This document shows, in pieces, positions 17,532 through 26,600 of a stretch of 62,748 nt of DNA. The notes beneath the pieces are model-generated. The model was not told where the DNA came from and did no database searches. It was given only the letters and a program-made list of their open reading frames with translations. The DNA comes from Tepidisphaeraceae bacterium. Its GTDB lineage: Bacteria; Planctomycetota; Phycisphaerae; Tepidisphaerales; Tepidisphaeraceae. Within the stretch, counting starts at the first letter, position 1. Each line of letters starts with the position of its first letter. Location: the NCBI GenBank assembly GCA_036794395.1, contig DAIRGS010000003.1, positions 1-62,748 of the forward strand, given 5' to 3'. Both the position numbers and the translations under genes were made by a program.

Positions 17532-19091
17532 ATGAAAAAAACCACCAAGGGGCATCAGCGTAGGTCGCCGAAGGGGGAAACGCCGCAAACGCGCCGCAAT
17601 ACCGAATTAGCGGAAATCAATACCGAATTAACGAACCAGGGCGCCACCGCTACTGCCGCGCTCGCCGACACTGCCGCCACCGACACCGCCCAGACCGAGT
17701 TCAAGGGCCGGGTGCGACGCCAGCCGCGCCGCGTTCGGCCGCACCCGAGCGGGGCGTGGACGATCTGCATCGGCAAAGCGCTCAACAAGCGCAAGACCAA
17801 GCTGCGTGCGAAGGACTGGTATTTCCCCAATACCACCGAGGCAGATGCGAACACCGAGGCCGGCCGCATCAATCAGCGGTGGGACTTCCTCTGTGCCCAC
17901 TGGGCTCGGCTCTACCGCGACCGACTGGAATTGCTCGGCTCGTCGTTCGCCGCGGTCCCCCACTGGCAACCCGAACTGACGATCCAGGAGCCGACCGAGG
18001 CCGAAATCTCCGAACTTCAAAATCAGCCGCCGACCGCGGAGGAAATTGCCGAAGCCTATGTCGATGCCACGTTGCGCGCAGTCTTCGGGCTCTACAAGCT
18101 CCAGCAGGAAATGGACGTGACGGTGGGGGAGAAGCAGAACGTGACCCGAGGCGCCCTGCTCAAAAACATCCGCAATGGGTTGCGGTTTTTCCCCGACCCC
18201 GTGAAAGTGACCGACATCACGGCCGATCTGGTGCAAAGGACCAAGGCGGCGATGCTCACCGCCGGGCTGGGACGGCGGACGGTCAAGAATTACTTGGGCG
18301 GCATCCGGTCTATGCTGCTGTGGTTTTACGATTCCGAGTACGGCCGGACTCATGAAAAGCCGCCTCGGTTCGATGCCGCCTTCGCCGTTCCTCATGCAAT
18401 CCGCACTGATATCAAGACCCACGGCGCGCCGGAGTTGAAGGCGATGCTGGGTGCCGCCACCGAACGCACGCGGCTGTTCGCGATGCTGGCCCTGAACTGC
18501 GGCATGTACCAGAGCGACATCGGTCGGCTGACGCTCGACGAGATCAACTTGAAAGAGGGCTACATCTTCTGGGATCGCGAGAAGGAGCCGCAGAATCCCT
18601 TCCGGGTGCGGCACGACCTGTGGCCCGAAACGCTGGCGCTCGTCGGCAAATTCATCCAGAAGCCTGTCGGCGAACCGCGCCTGTTTGCAGATTTTCGCAA
18701 GGGCAAAGCTGAACAGATCGACTGCTCAAAGCTGGCGTTCGTAGATCGAAACGGGCTGCCGCTGTATCGCGTTCGAGAAAATGGCGATTCCTACGACAAG
18801 ATCAGCGACGCGTGGAAAGACCTCAAGGAGAAGCACGAGACTGCCCCACGCTTCAAAGACATCCGCAAATCAACCAACCAGCGCATCTGCGAGTTGGTTG
18901 CCGGCCAGCTCGGCGGCGACGATCCGCACCGTCTTGAAGCCGTCGGCGAAATCTCCAAAGAGTTCCTTGCCCAGAAGACGCCGACTCTCTCCCGCCTCTA
19001 CCTTCAGAGCGGGATGAGCCTTTACGACCGGATGAATCGTTTCCTCCGGCTTGTTGGGGAAGAATTTCGCAGGGTTCGAGTCTTCGCTTAA
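17532..19091 (+). CDS. Tyrosine recombinase / integrase (element B); start uncertain
   Basis: C-terminal catalytic region LFAMLALNCGMYQSDIGRLTLDEINL, FKDIRKSTNQ and PTLSRLYLQ. The ATG at 17532 follows GGGAG. The N-terminal codons NTELAEINTEL are encoded by the inverted arm-type repeats, so a later start is possible. Confidence 0.75.
   Translation: MKKTTKGHQRRSPKGETPQTRRNTELAEINTELTNQGATATAALADTAATDTAQTEFKGRVRRQPRRVRPHPSGAWTICIGKALNKRKTKLRAKDWYFPNTTEADANTEAGRINQRWDFLCAHWARLYRDRLELLGSSFAAVPHWQPELTIQEPTEAEISELQNQPPTAEEIAEAYVDATLRAVFGLYKLQQEMDVTVGEKQNVTRGALLKNIRNGLRFFPDPVKVTDITADLVQRTKAAMLTAGLGRRTVKNYLGGIRSMLLWFYDSEYGRTHEKPPRFDAAFAVPHAIRTDIKTHGAPELKAMLGAATERTRLFAMLALNCGMYQSDIGRLTLDEINLKEGYIFWDREKEPQNPFRVRHDLWPETLALVGKFIQKPVGEPRLFADFRKGKAEQIDCSKLAFVDRNGLPLYRVRENGDSYDKISDAWKDLKEKHETAPRFKDIRKSTNQRICELVAGQLGGDDPHRLEAVGEISKEFLAQKTPTLSRLYLQSGMSLYDRMNRFLRLVGEEFRRVRVFA
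17599..17630 (-). promoter_or_regulatory. Two inverted copies of the TAATTCGGTAT motif inside the 5' part of the integrase B ORF
   Basis: ataccgaatta occurs at 17599-17609 and 17620-17630, a 21-bp period. Confidence 0.55.
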
Positions 19092-19369
19092 ATCCCGACG
19101 CCTTCAGCGGTTGGTGCCCACTTCCGCCTTCGGGACGCCCCAGCGTGATCGTTGATGAGCATGAAAGGCATTATTACCAACTCCGGCAGCCGGCAAGAAC
19201 GCGCGCAGCTGCGCGGTGACGCGGCTAAGATGGGGAGTCAGACGCCGTTCTCGGCCGAAGAATCGGCCAGTGGGACACCCCGGCGCGGCCGACAAGTTCA
19301 GTTGAGAACGGATGCCGCTTACCGTACAATTCACTAATTCATGGTTCCGGACCCGTGACAGGAGACCCG

Positions 19370-19615
19370 ATGGCAGAAGCAGATAAACATCCGTCGCACT
19401 TTGAGATACACGTGGATGGCGTTCGAATCGAAGTGACCGAGCAGAATCTGACTGGTGCTCAGATCAAGGCAAAAGCGGGCAAAGACCCGCAGTACCAACT
19501 CTTTCTTGAAGAGAAGGGAAACGCTCCGGATCAACTGATCGCGGACAACCAAACGGTGAAGATTCAGAACGGCCTGCATTTCTACACGGTTCCACCCGCT
19601 ACCTTCGGAGCATGA
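19370..19615 (+). CDS. Ubiquitin-like beta-grasp protein, single multiubiquitin-type domain (81 aa)
   Basis: FEIHVDGVRIEVTEQNLTGAQIKAKAGKDPQYQLFLEEKGNAPDQLIADNQTVKIQNGLHFYTVPPATFGA fits the Multi_ubiq pattern (I.V.G......TG.qI...AG......L......g...i.d...V.i..G..F...P). GGAG lies 5 nt upstream of the ATG at 19370. The stop overlaps the next ATG. Confidence 0.75.
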   Translation: MAEADKHPSHFEIHVDGVRIEVTEQNLTGAQIKAKAGKDPQYQLFLEEKGNAPDQLIADNQTVKIQNGLHFYTVPPATFGA

Positions 19616-20004
19616 TGGGTCTCGTCGAAGAACATTTTGAGTCGCTCAAGACAAGGGATCGCTTCCACGAGGCGACGTTAATCGCCGTACCAAACGGCAC
19701 CTATGTCGTAAGGATTCCGCGCTTCCCGTTGCCGCAGGGGTGGAATCGCTCTGAGACCACTCTGTACTTCGTGATACCCGTTGGGTATCCGGTGGCAAAA
19801 CCCGATACGTTCTGGACCGAACCAGGTCTTGCCCTTGCGAGCGGAGCACAACCGCAAGCTGCGAACCCGGGTGGCAATCACTTGGAGGGGTTGCCGTCGG
19901 GCCTGCTTTGGTTTTCCTGGCATGCAGGCACGTGGAACCCAAATCGGGATAACCTACATAGCTACGTCGGTCTAATCGGAAAGCGCTTTCAGGAATTGCG
20001 ATGA
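19612..20004 (+). CDS. Prokaryotic E2/UBC-like protein (Prok-E2_E-like), no cysteine in the whole protein
   Basis: IPVGYPVAKPDTFWTEPGL ... LLWFSWHAGTWNPNRDNL resembles the bacterial E2 family that accompanies multiubiquitin and JAB-E1. The 130-aa sequence contains zero Cys. ATGA coupling occurs at both ends. Confidence 0.7.
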   Translation: MMGLVEEHFESLKTRDRFHEATLIAVPNGTYVVRIPRFPLPQGWNRSETTLYFVIPVGYPVAKPDTFWTEPGLALASGAQPQAANPGGNHLEGLPSGLLWFSWHAGTWNPNRDNLHSYVGLIGKRFQELR

Positions 20005-21359
20005 CATCCTATGTCTTTCCAGCCGACGAATTGGTCAAGTTGCGACAGTCCTTACTGAGCGAAGGACCGAAAGAAGCGGCTGCCGTCATCCTCGCGGGCC
20101 GCGCCGCGAACAGTGGCAGGACCGCTTTACTTGTGCGCGAATGTTTTCCTGTCCCGAGCGTCGGGTACGCGGTACAAGAATCTCTCCGACTCACGATAAG
20201 ACCTGAATTTTTAGCTCCGCTGTTGAAACGTAGCCGAATAGAAGGCTGGAGCATCATCTTTGCCCATACGCATCCCTTTTGCACGGATGATGTTCGATTT
20301 TCTCCCACCGATGATTCCGGTGAAAGTATTCTGATGCCCTCGGTGTTTAGCCGAGCGCCATCGCGGCCACATGCAAGTTTAGTGCTGGGAAGCCGCGGGT
20401 TCGACGCGCGGGTGTGGACCGCACCATCGTGGCCGCCTGAATCGGTAGACACGATCGTTGAATCAGGGAGTGAACTGCGAGTACACGCCCGTAGGCCCTC
20501 CGAAGCAGTTCCCCCCCCCGATGAGTTTGATCGTAGCGTGCGTGCCTTTGGATCAGCGGGGCAAGCCCTGCTTAAACGGCTTACGGTGGGAATAGTCGGA
20601 CTCGGAGGTATAGGGTCAATCGTTGCTGAAGAACTTGCGCACCTTGGCGTTGGGCGCATGATCCTCCTCGATCCTGATGCGGTTGAGCCCACGAACCTCA
20701 ATCGGCTTATTGGTGCGAACGCAATGAGTGTCGGTCGTCCGAAAGTCGATATCGCGGCGGAACACGTTAGCCGTATTCGACCGTCTATCCAATCAAATGC
20801 CGTAAATGGCAGTATTCTATCGGGTCATGACGGAAAGGCGCTTCTCGAAGCTGACTTGCTATTTGGTTGTACCGACTCACACGGAAGCCGTGCGGTACTC
20901 AACCAAATTGCATATCAATACATGATTCCCACAATCGATCTTGGGATCATCATCAACGTTGTGGACTTCAAAGTTCGGAGCGTCACGGGGCGCGTTCAGA
21001 TGCTCGCTCCGGGCCTTCCATGTCTTGTATGTCAGAACTTACTCAATCCTGAACAGGTGCGTCGGGATTTTCTGTCTCCGAAGGAGCGCGCGCTCGACCC
21101 ATATATTGTGGGTCTTCCTCGACCCGAGCCTCAACCATCTGTCGTTTCCCTAAATGGTACGATGGCATCGTTGGGGGTAACGATGATGCTGGCCGCTGTC
21201 ACCGGCCTGCCGTCTCCAGCGCGTCATCAGGTCTTCATTGGGGAGCGCGGTATTGTCCGAGCTGTCGCGTCCTCGCCGCTTGAAGATTGTGTCGTCTGCT
21301 CTCGCAGTGGTGCGTTGGGCCGTGGCGATCTGTGGCCGATGATGTGGAGGCCGGGGTGA
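20001..21359 (+). CDS. JAB/JAMM deubiquitinase-like domain fused to ThiF/MoeB-type E1 adenylyltransferase
   Basis: N-terminal JAMM motif AHTHPFCTDDVRFSPTDD (HxH...SxxD). E1 Rossmann motif VGLGGIGSIVAEELAHLGVGRMILLDPDAVEPTNLNRL. CxxC pairs PCLVCQN and CVVCSRS. Confidence 0.85.
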   Translation: MTSYVFPADELVKLRQSLLSEGPKEAAAVILAGRAANSGRTALLVRECFPVPSVGYAVQESLRLTIRPEFLAPLLKRSRIEGWSIIFAHTHPFCTDDVRFSPTDDSGESILMPSVFSRAPSRPHASLVLGSRGFDARVWTAPSWPPESVDTIVESGSELRVHARRPSEAVPPPDEFDRSVRAFGSAGQALLKRLTVGIVGLGGIGSIVAEELAHLGVGRMILLDPDAVEPTNLNRLIGANAMSVGRPKVDIAAEHVSRIRPSIQSNAVNGSILSGHDGKALLEADLLFGCTDSHGSRAVLNQIAYQYMIPTIDLGIIINVVDFKVRSVTGRVQMLAPGLPCLVCQNLLNPEQVRRDFLSPKERALDPYIVGLPRPEPQPSVVSLNGTMASLGVTMMLAAVTGLPSPARHQVFIGERGIVRAVASSPLEDCVVCSRSGALGRGDLWPMMWRPG

Positions 21360-22936
21360 ATGTCCCCAAGCGCCCAAATGTGCTATGGATCGGTGACGAG
21401 ATTGCCGATGGGTTGCGGTCTGCCGTGGAGGCACTGGGCCTCACTGTTATATTGACGAACGTTGAGGGGGCCGAGCCGGAGCGTCAGAATCCACATGCTG
21501 TGGTAATGCCATTCGACGGAGTCACAGAGGAGAAATTTCGTGGGCGGCTTGCGCATCTACTCATTCGATCACTGGACAGTGGCGCCCTTGTTACGGTCTT
21601 GGCGCAACCACACACCGATTACGAAGTTGCATCCAAATTGGCAATGGAGCGAGTCCAGGTTGAAGACGCACACGCCACCGATCTTCGTGATGTATACCCA
21701 AACTTTCATGTAATTCATCCTGATGTACGGGAATTGGCCCGGCTACTGCGCGATCACAATCCGGGACTTGCGGCAGACCAGCACCTTGTGCTTCAAGATC
21801 ACGAGGGAAGTACAACCCCGGCGGAAAAGTTGCTCCTCCGAAGGGCGTTCAGTGGATTCGACAGAATCGTATTGAAGCCACTTAGCGGGGGCCGCTCACC
21901 CGATAGCAAGGTCTGGAGAGTCGAGGCCCATGCTGGAGAACGATGTTGCGAGCCTTTCGTCGCCAAATGCGCGCGGCGTCTTACATTGGTCGAAGAGCTG
22001 AACACGTGGCGAGAACACGTGTTGAATTATATTCCATTTCCTTTCCGCGCGCCACCCGTTCCGGAACGTTTTGTGACGGGAGCAACCAGGGCGCTACTAG
22101 TCTCGATGCTTGCAAGTCGAGCACATCGTTTTGACGAATATGTTGCAACCGTCAAGGGTCCAGAACTGGCGATCGCTGCGCTTTTTGATGGTGCGTTGCG
22201 AAATTGGCGGCGCCAATCCCGGCCAGTTCGGCTCCAGCTGGGGCAAGTTTATACTTGGGAAGCCGATCAAGCAGAGCGGACAAGGGAGGCTGATCGTCGG
22301 TCTGGAAGACTCTCCCGAGCTGTGTTGCCGAGTCGTAGTTCTCTGACAGATGCATTTGAGCTTGCGAAGAAACGACAGTCGGACGTGGCAAACCCAGACG
22401 TGCTCTGGGCAATGCTCGCAGCGCTGCCGGAACTTGAGTACCACGAATGTCGTATGCATGGGGATCTGAACCCGCGGAATCTCTTCGTACGCTGGAATGG
22501 GGTCGATATCATCCTGATCGATTTTTCTCATGCTGGCGATTGGGCGCCGATGTCTCGTGATCCCTCACGGCTGGAGGTGAGCACGGCATTCGATGTGTTT
22601 GTCAAAATCAACGGGGAGAAACAGTTCTTAAGTGACGACATTCTCAACCGCTTTTACCGACCGCCACTTCTGCCACCGCGTATTCCGGCTAGTGAGGACG
22701 GGCGATTAGAGGCCGTTCGACAACTTAGGTTGCTCGCCGGTGGCGAGGGAATCAAGAACGCGGAGTATGCGACAACCACCGCCTGTCACCTATTGAAATA
22801 TGCGCGTGCGGGCAGCCGAACGGCAAGCGAAGTTTCGGAAGGTGAAGCGCGACGACTCCGTGGATTGAGCTATCTCCTCTCCGCAAAACTTATTCAATGG
22901 CTGCGTGAAGGGAATAATGCGAGGGGGGGTGACTGA
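21356..22936 (+). CDS. Kinase-like (APH/protein-kinase-like fold) protein with uncharacterised ~170-aa N-terminal domain
   Basis: Kinase-lobe motifs: LKPLSGGRSPDSKVWRV (Gly-rich), FVAKC (Lys), HGDLNPRNLFV (catalytic loop) and ILIDFSHAG (DFG-equivalent). A GTG start at 21356 overlaps the E1 stop (GTGA). The track ORF starts at 21287 inside the E1 gene. Confidence 0.7.
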   Translation: MNVPKRPNVLWIGDEIADGLRSAVEALGLTVILTNVEGAEPERQNPHAVVMPFDGVTEEKFRGRLAHLLIRSLDSGALVTVLAQPHTDYEVASKLAMERVQVEDAHATDLRDVYPNFHVIHPDVRELARLLRDHNPGLAADQHLVLQDHEGSTTPAEKLLLRRAFSGFDRIVLKPLSGGRSPDSKVWRVEAHAGERCCEPFVAKCARRLTLVEELNTWREHVLNYIPFPFRAPPVPERFVTGATRALLVSMLASRAHRFDEYVATVKGPELAIAALFDGALRNWRRQSRPVRLQLGQVYTWEADQAERTREADRRSGRLSRAVLPSRSSLTDAFELAKKRQSDVANPDVLWAMLAALPELEYHECRMHGDLNPRNLFVRWNGVDIILIDFSHAGDWAPMSRDPSRLEVSTAFDVFVKINGEKQFLSDDILNRFYRPPLLPPRIPASEDGRLEAVRQLRLLAGGEGIKNAEYATTTACHLLKYARAGSRTASEVSEGEARRLRGLSYLLSAKLIQWLREGNNARGGD

Positions 22937-22939
22937 ATC

Positions 22940-23314
22940 ATGTACCTCTATCGCGACGTGATTTACACGCAGATCGTGAGAGTCGCCGATCAATCCACGG
23001 CGGCGCAGTTCCTCAAACCGGGGACATTGGTGCTCGTGATGCCGGGCGAGAAGCCGAAATGGTTAAAATTCATTTGTCCATGTGGCTGTGGCGAGGTCGT
23101 TTCGGTCAACTTAATGCCTGGGCAAAGTCGAGCGTGGAGAATTACCTTAGAGCCTAAGCGGGGCCTCTCGTTATGGCCGTCGGTGCACTTGCAAGCGGGA
23201 TGTAAAAGTCATTTCACACTGTTCAACAATACGGCGCGACTCCTCTATCGCAAGCACCCGCAGGCAGATGAAGGGGGTGCGGAGACAAATGACCGCGGGG
23301 GCTGGATTGCATAA
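22940..23314 (+). CDS. Small Cys-rich zinc-ribbon protein (CPCGCG ... GCKSHF; DUF6527-like)
   Basis: WLKFICPCGCGEVVSVNLMPG...WPSVHLQAGCKSHFTLFNN. From memory this matches the small family that trails multiubiquitin/E2/ThiF operons. It begins 3 nt after the kinase-like stop. Confidence 0.6.
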   Translation: MYLYRDVIYTQIVRVADQSTAAQFLKPGTLVLVMPGEKPKWLKFICPCGCGEVVSVNLMPGQSRAWRITLEPKRGLSLWPSVHLQAGCKSHFTLFNNTARLLYRKHPQADEGGAETNDRGGWIA

Positions 23315-23322
23315 CTTTCCGC

Positions 23323-23655
23323 TCACCTCGATGAACCGTCCGCAGCCGTACCCGGTATCATGCTAATCTTCGCTTGGAACAGATCCACTGCGTGCTTCCG
23401 CTCTTCCGGCGTAAGCCCCGCCGCATCCATCCGCCGGTTCCAGTTGTTTCGCAAGTCCTCCAGGCTCTGGAGGCCGTCAAACCCGACGGCGCCGGCCTTG
23501 CGGACGTACACGAGGTTCTCGGGTTCGCTGACGGTAATCTCCGCGATTTCGGGATCGGTGAACGACTCGCCCAAGACGTACCCCACAATGGCCGCCATGA
23601 ACGGCGACATACCGGGAAACCTTGAAGGCCGAAGTTTTGTGACAAGAGCATCCAT
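23323..23655 (-). CDS. Hypothetical protein (110 aa), last gene of the minus-strand operon
   Basis: ATG at 23655; the track ORF uses a TTG at 23676. It lies 9-30 nt downstream of the helicase stop, and its own stop lies 8 bp from the stop of the convergent gene (23314). Confidence 0.5.
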   Translation of the reverse strand: MDALVTKLRPSRFPGMSPFMAAIVGYVLGESFTDPEIAEITVSEPENLVYVRKAGAVGFDGLQSLEDLRNNWNRRMDAAGLTPEERKHAVDLFQAKISMIPGTAADGSSR

Positions 23656-23685
23656 CGATTGACGATCTCTGCCCAATGCGAATTC

Positions 23686-26600
23686 TCAGGTTAGAAGGTC
23701 CGACAGTCCACGAATATGACTCACCGTTGAATCTGCCGCACCATCGGCGACGGAGACGATCACACGAAATAGCGGTCCATCGGGCAACAGAAGCTGATGG
23801 CTTTCAAAGTGGTCATCAAAGATATCGGGGTCGGCGGTGACTCGCGCCAAACCCGGTTCGCCCGGCAACGAGAGGCTAAACGTCCGAGGTTCCAACTCCT
23901 TACATACCGTGCCGGGCGGCAGCATCTCGGATTGCAACAGCAATTGACCGATCTGGGCGGGTGTGTACGGCGGTGGCGAAAACGCCGGAGGCAGAAGATC
24001 CGCATCGCTCAGCTCATCAATGTCAAACGTTGACGCCTCGGCGGCGCCCACGAGTATCTCGACGTTCCGCACGGCTTCGTGCCGTCCCTTTTCGCGGTCT
24101 TCTCTGCGTCGCAGCGCGGCCGCTTCGAATTCCTTGGGTAGCTGCGCGAGAATCGGCTGCAATTTTCCGATCACGCCGTTAAAAAGCCCGATCCGCGCGC
24201 TGAGCGCAAAATAAACATCCGCCTCCACGGTATCGGCGTACGCGAGATTGATGACGCGCACCTCTGGAAACCGCTGTCCGATGCGGTCAATGCGGCCGAT
24301 TCGCTGCTCGACCTTCATTGGGTTCCACGGCAGATCGTAATTCACGACCACGCCACAGCTTTGTAAGTTCAGTCCCTCACCAGCGGCGTCGGTGCATACG
24401 AGAACCTTTACAGTGCCGTCCTTGAGCATTCGCTTGATCTGCTCCTTCGTCCGTCCGGTCCATCGACCGGCCGCATCGCGAATCTCGCCGCCGCGCCCGC
24501 TGAAACAGCCGACCGATACCTCTAGCTGGTCTGCAAGGAACTCGCGCAGAAAGTCCATCGTGTCGGTGTATTGCGTGAAGACGATCGCCGAGTCGTACCC
24601 GTCGGCGAACGCGCTCTGAAGCTGGTCGCGCACTTCGCGGGCCTTGGTGTCGGTCCCGAGCTTTGCGATCCCCTTCAGCAGATCCTGAATCGAACTCTCC
24701 TCTTCCACGCCTAGCGCCTTGGCCTGAAGTTCATCCGCCTCGTCATTAGCGAGGACTTCCAACGCCCGGTCGTCCTGGGGGAGATCCTCCTCCAGCCGAT
24801 CTTCATCCCCGCGGCCCGGCTCGAAGCCCTTGATCCGGGCCAGTCGCGATTCCAACGTCTTTCGGAGCGAATAAAAGCTGCTGGCCAATCGGCGACGATA
24901 AATCGTCATCACGAACCCGACCGCAGTTTTTTTGTCCGGCGACGCGGATTGATACGTGGTGCTGATGTAATCCTCCACCGCGTCGTACAGCTCGCGCTCC
25001 GCCGTGCTAAGAACGACAGCTTTGTCCAGCACCTTCCGGTCCGCGATGGGCGAATCAAGCAGCCCCTTTTTGAAATACCGCCGAAGAAGGTTGCGCGTGT
25101 GCCGCGACATCCGGTGGTAGATCGGGCTGCACGATCGGAGAAGCGCGATCAGGGCTTGGCGTTGCTTTGTGCTGAGCCGCTTAATTGGGATCGTCGTGTT
25201 CGGCTCCCGCGCGGCGGCCAACACTTTGTTGACATCAATCTTCGATAGATGCATCGCGTCGCTGATTCGATGGACCAGCGTGTCCGGCGCGGCCCCGAAG
25301 TCGCGTTCGGTGGCCTGAAACAGCACTGCGGCGCGGTAAAGGTCCTCGTCGCCCGGATTGCCCCCGAGCATCTCAAAGTAATTCGTGAAGACGCCCGGCG
25401 ACCATTCATCGGGCATGCCCAGAAGGCTGAGAAGGTCCCACATCTCGACCGGATGGACTTGCATCGGCGTCGCGGTGAGCAGCAACAAGGATTTCGCCTT
25501 GTGTTTGATCGAATGCATCAACCGCAAGAGGCGGTTTGGACCGCCCTCCTGCGGCGTTCCCGGCGCGCTTCGGCGGGCATGATGTGCCTCGTCGAGCACA
25601 AATAAATCCCAGTCTTCGGCTTCGATCAGCTCCTGTTGCCGCTCCCGGCGCCGCATCAGGTGGCTGCTGACCAGCACGATGGGCTCTTTCGTCCATTCGC
25701 CTCGGCTGACCGGCCGTTCAAGTGGCCCCGTTCGGTGATGGTACTCCGGCCAGCACAGTGACTTCCCCGTGTAGATCGGCACCAGCAGATTGAACTTCTC
25801 ATAAAGCTCCGATTGCCACTGCTTCAGCAGCCCCTTGGGCGCCATGATCAGCACCCGCTTGGCCAGCTCCGCGATCCACGTGTGCCGGATAATCAAGCCG
25901 GCCTCGATCGTCTTGCCGAGCCCCACTTCGTCCGCGATCAGCAGACGTAGGGGCCAGGTGTCGATCATCCGCTTGTAGGCCCGAAGCTGATGCGGCCATG
26001 GTTTCACAGCGCTGGTGACCACCGCCACCATCGCGCCGTCGGGCCGCTTGGGCGCATGTTTAATGAAGGACCAGATCAGACGTCGTCGCTCATCGATCGG
26101 CATTGGCGGCGGCGCATCGTCCGCCGGGGCGTCGCCATTTTCTTCATTGGTGGTCTTCTTGTCCTTCGCCTTCGGCGGCTTTACGAACGTGTCGTCGATC
26201 GGAAGAAACTCCAGAAGCTTCTCTTTGAGCGCCTCCGGGAAGTCGAATACTTTGGCGCTTTTCGCTTTCCCCGACCAGAGCTTGGCAAACTCGCCCTCGG
26301 TTTTCCTGACTTTCGCGGCGTCCCACTCACCTCGCCACGAGCAGCTCACGTCGAACGATTCGCAATTGTTCAGCCACCCCGCCGGCGTCTCGTTGATCGA
26401 TCCCTTGAACACCAGCTTGTCGCCGGCATCGTCCACGATGACGCCGGCCTTGGCGTGATACAAACCCAACCCAGCTCGCATCTCGCCGTGCTCATCCAGC
26501 GGCACGGCAATTTTCACGTCCAGAAACCCGTGCGCGATCATCCACGCCAGATAGCCGATGTTTCGTCGCGCTTGAGGGGATTCGTGAGTAAGTGGAATGC

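Noticed and set aside
19370-23314. Classifying the Ubl operon as type II CBASS
   Set aside because: There is no CD-NTase/cyclase gene and no recognisable CBASS effector in the island. The E1 is fused to JAB rather than to E2, and a free Ubl is encoded.
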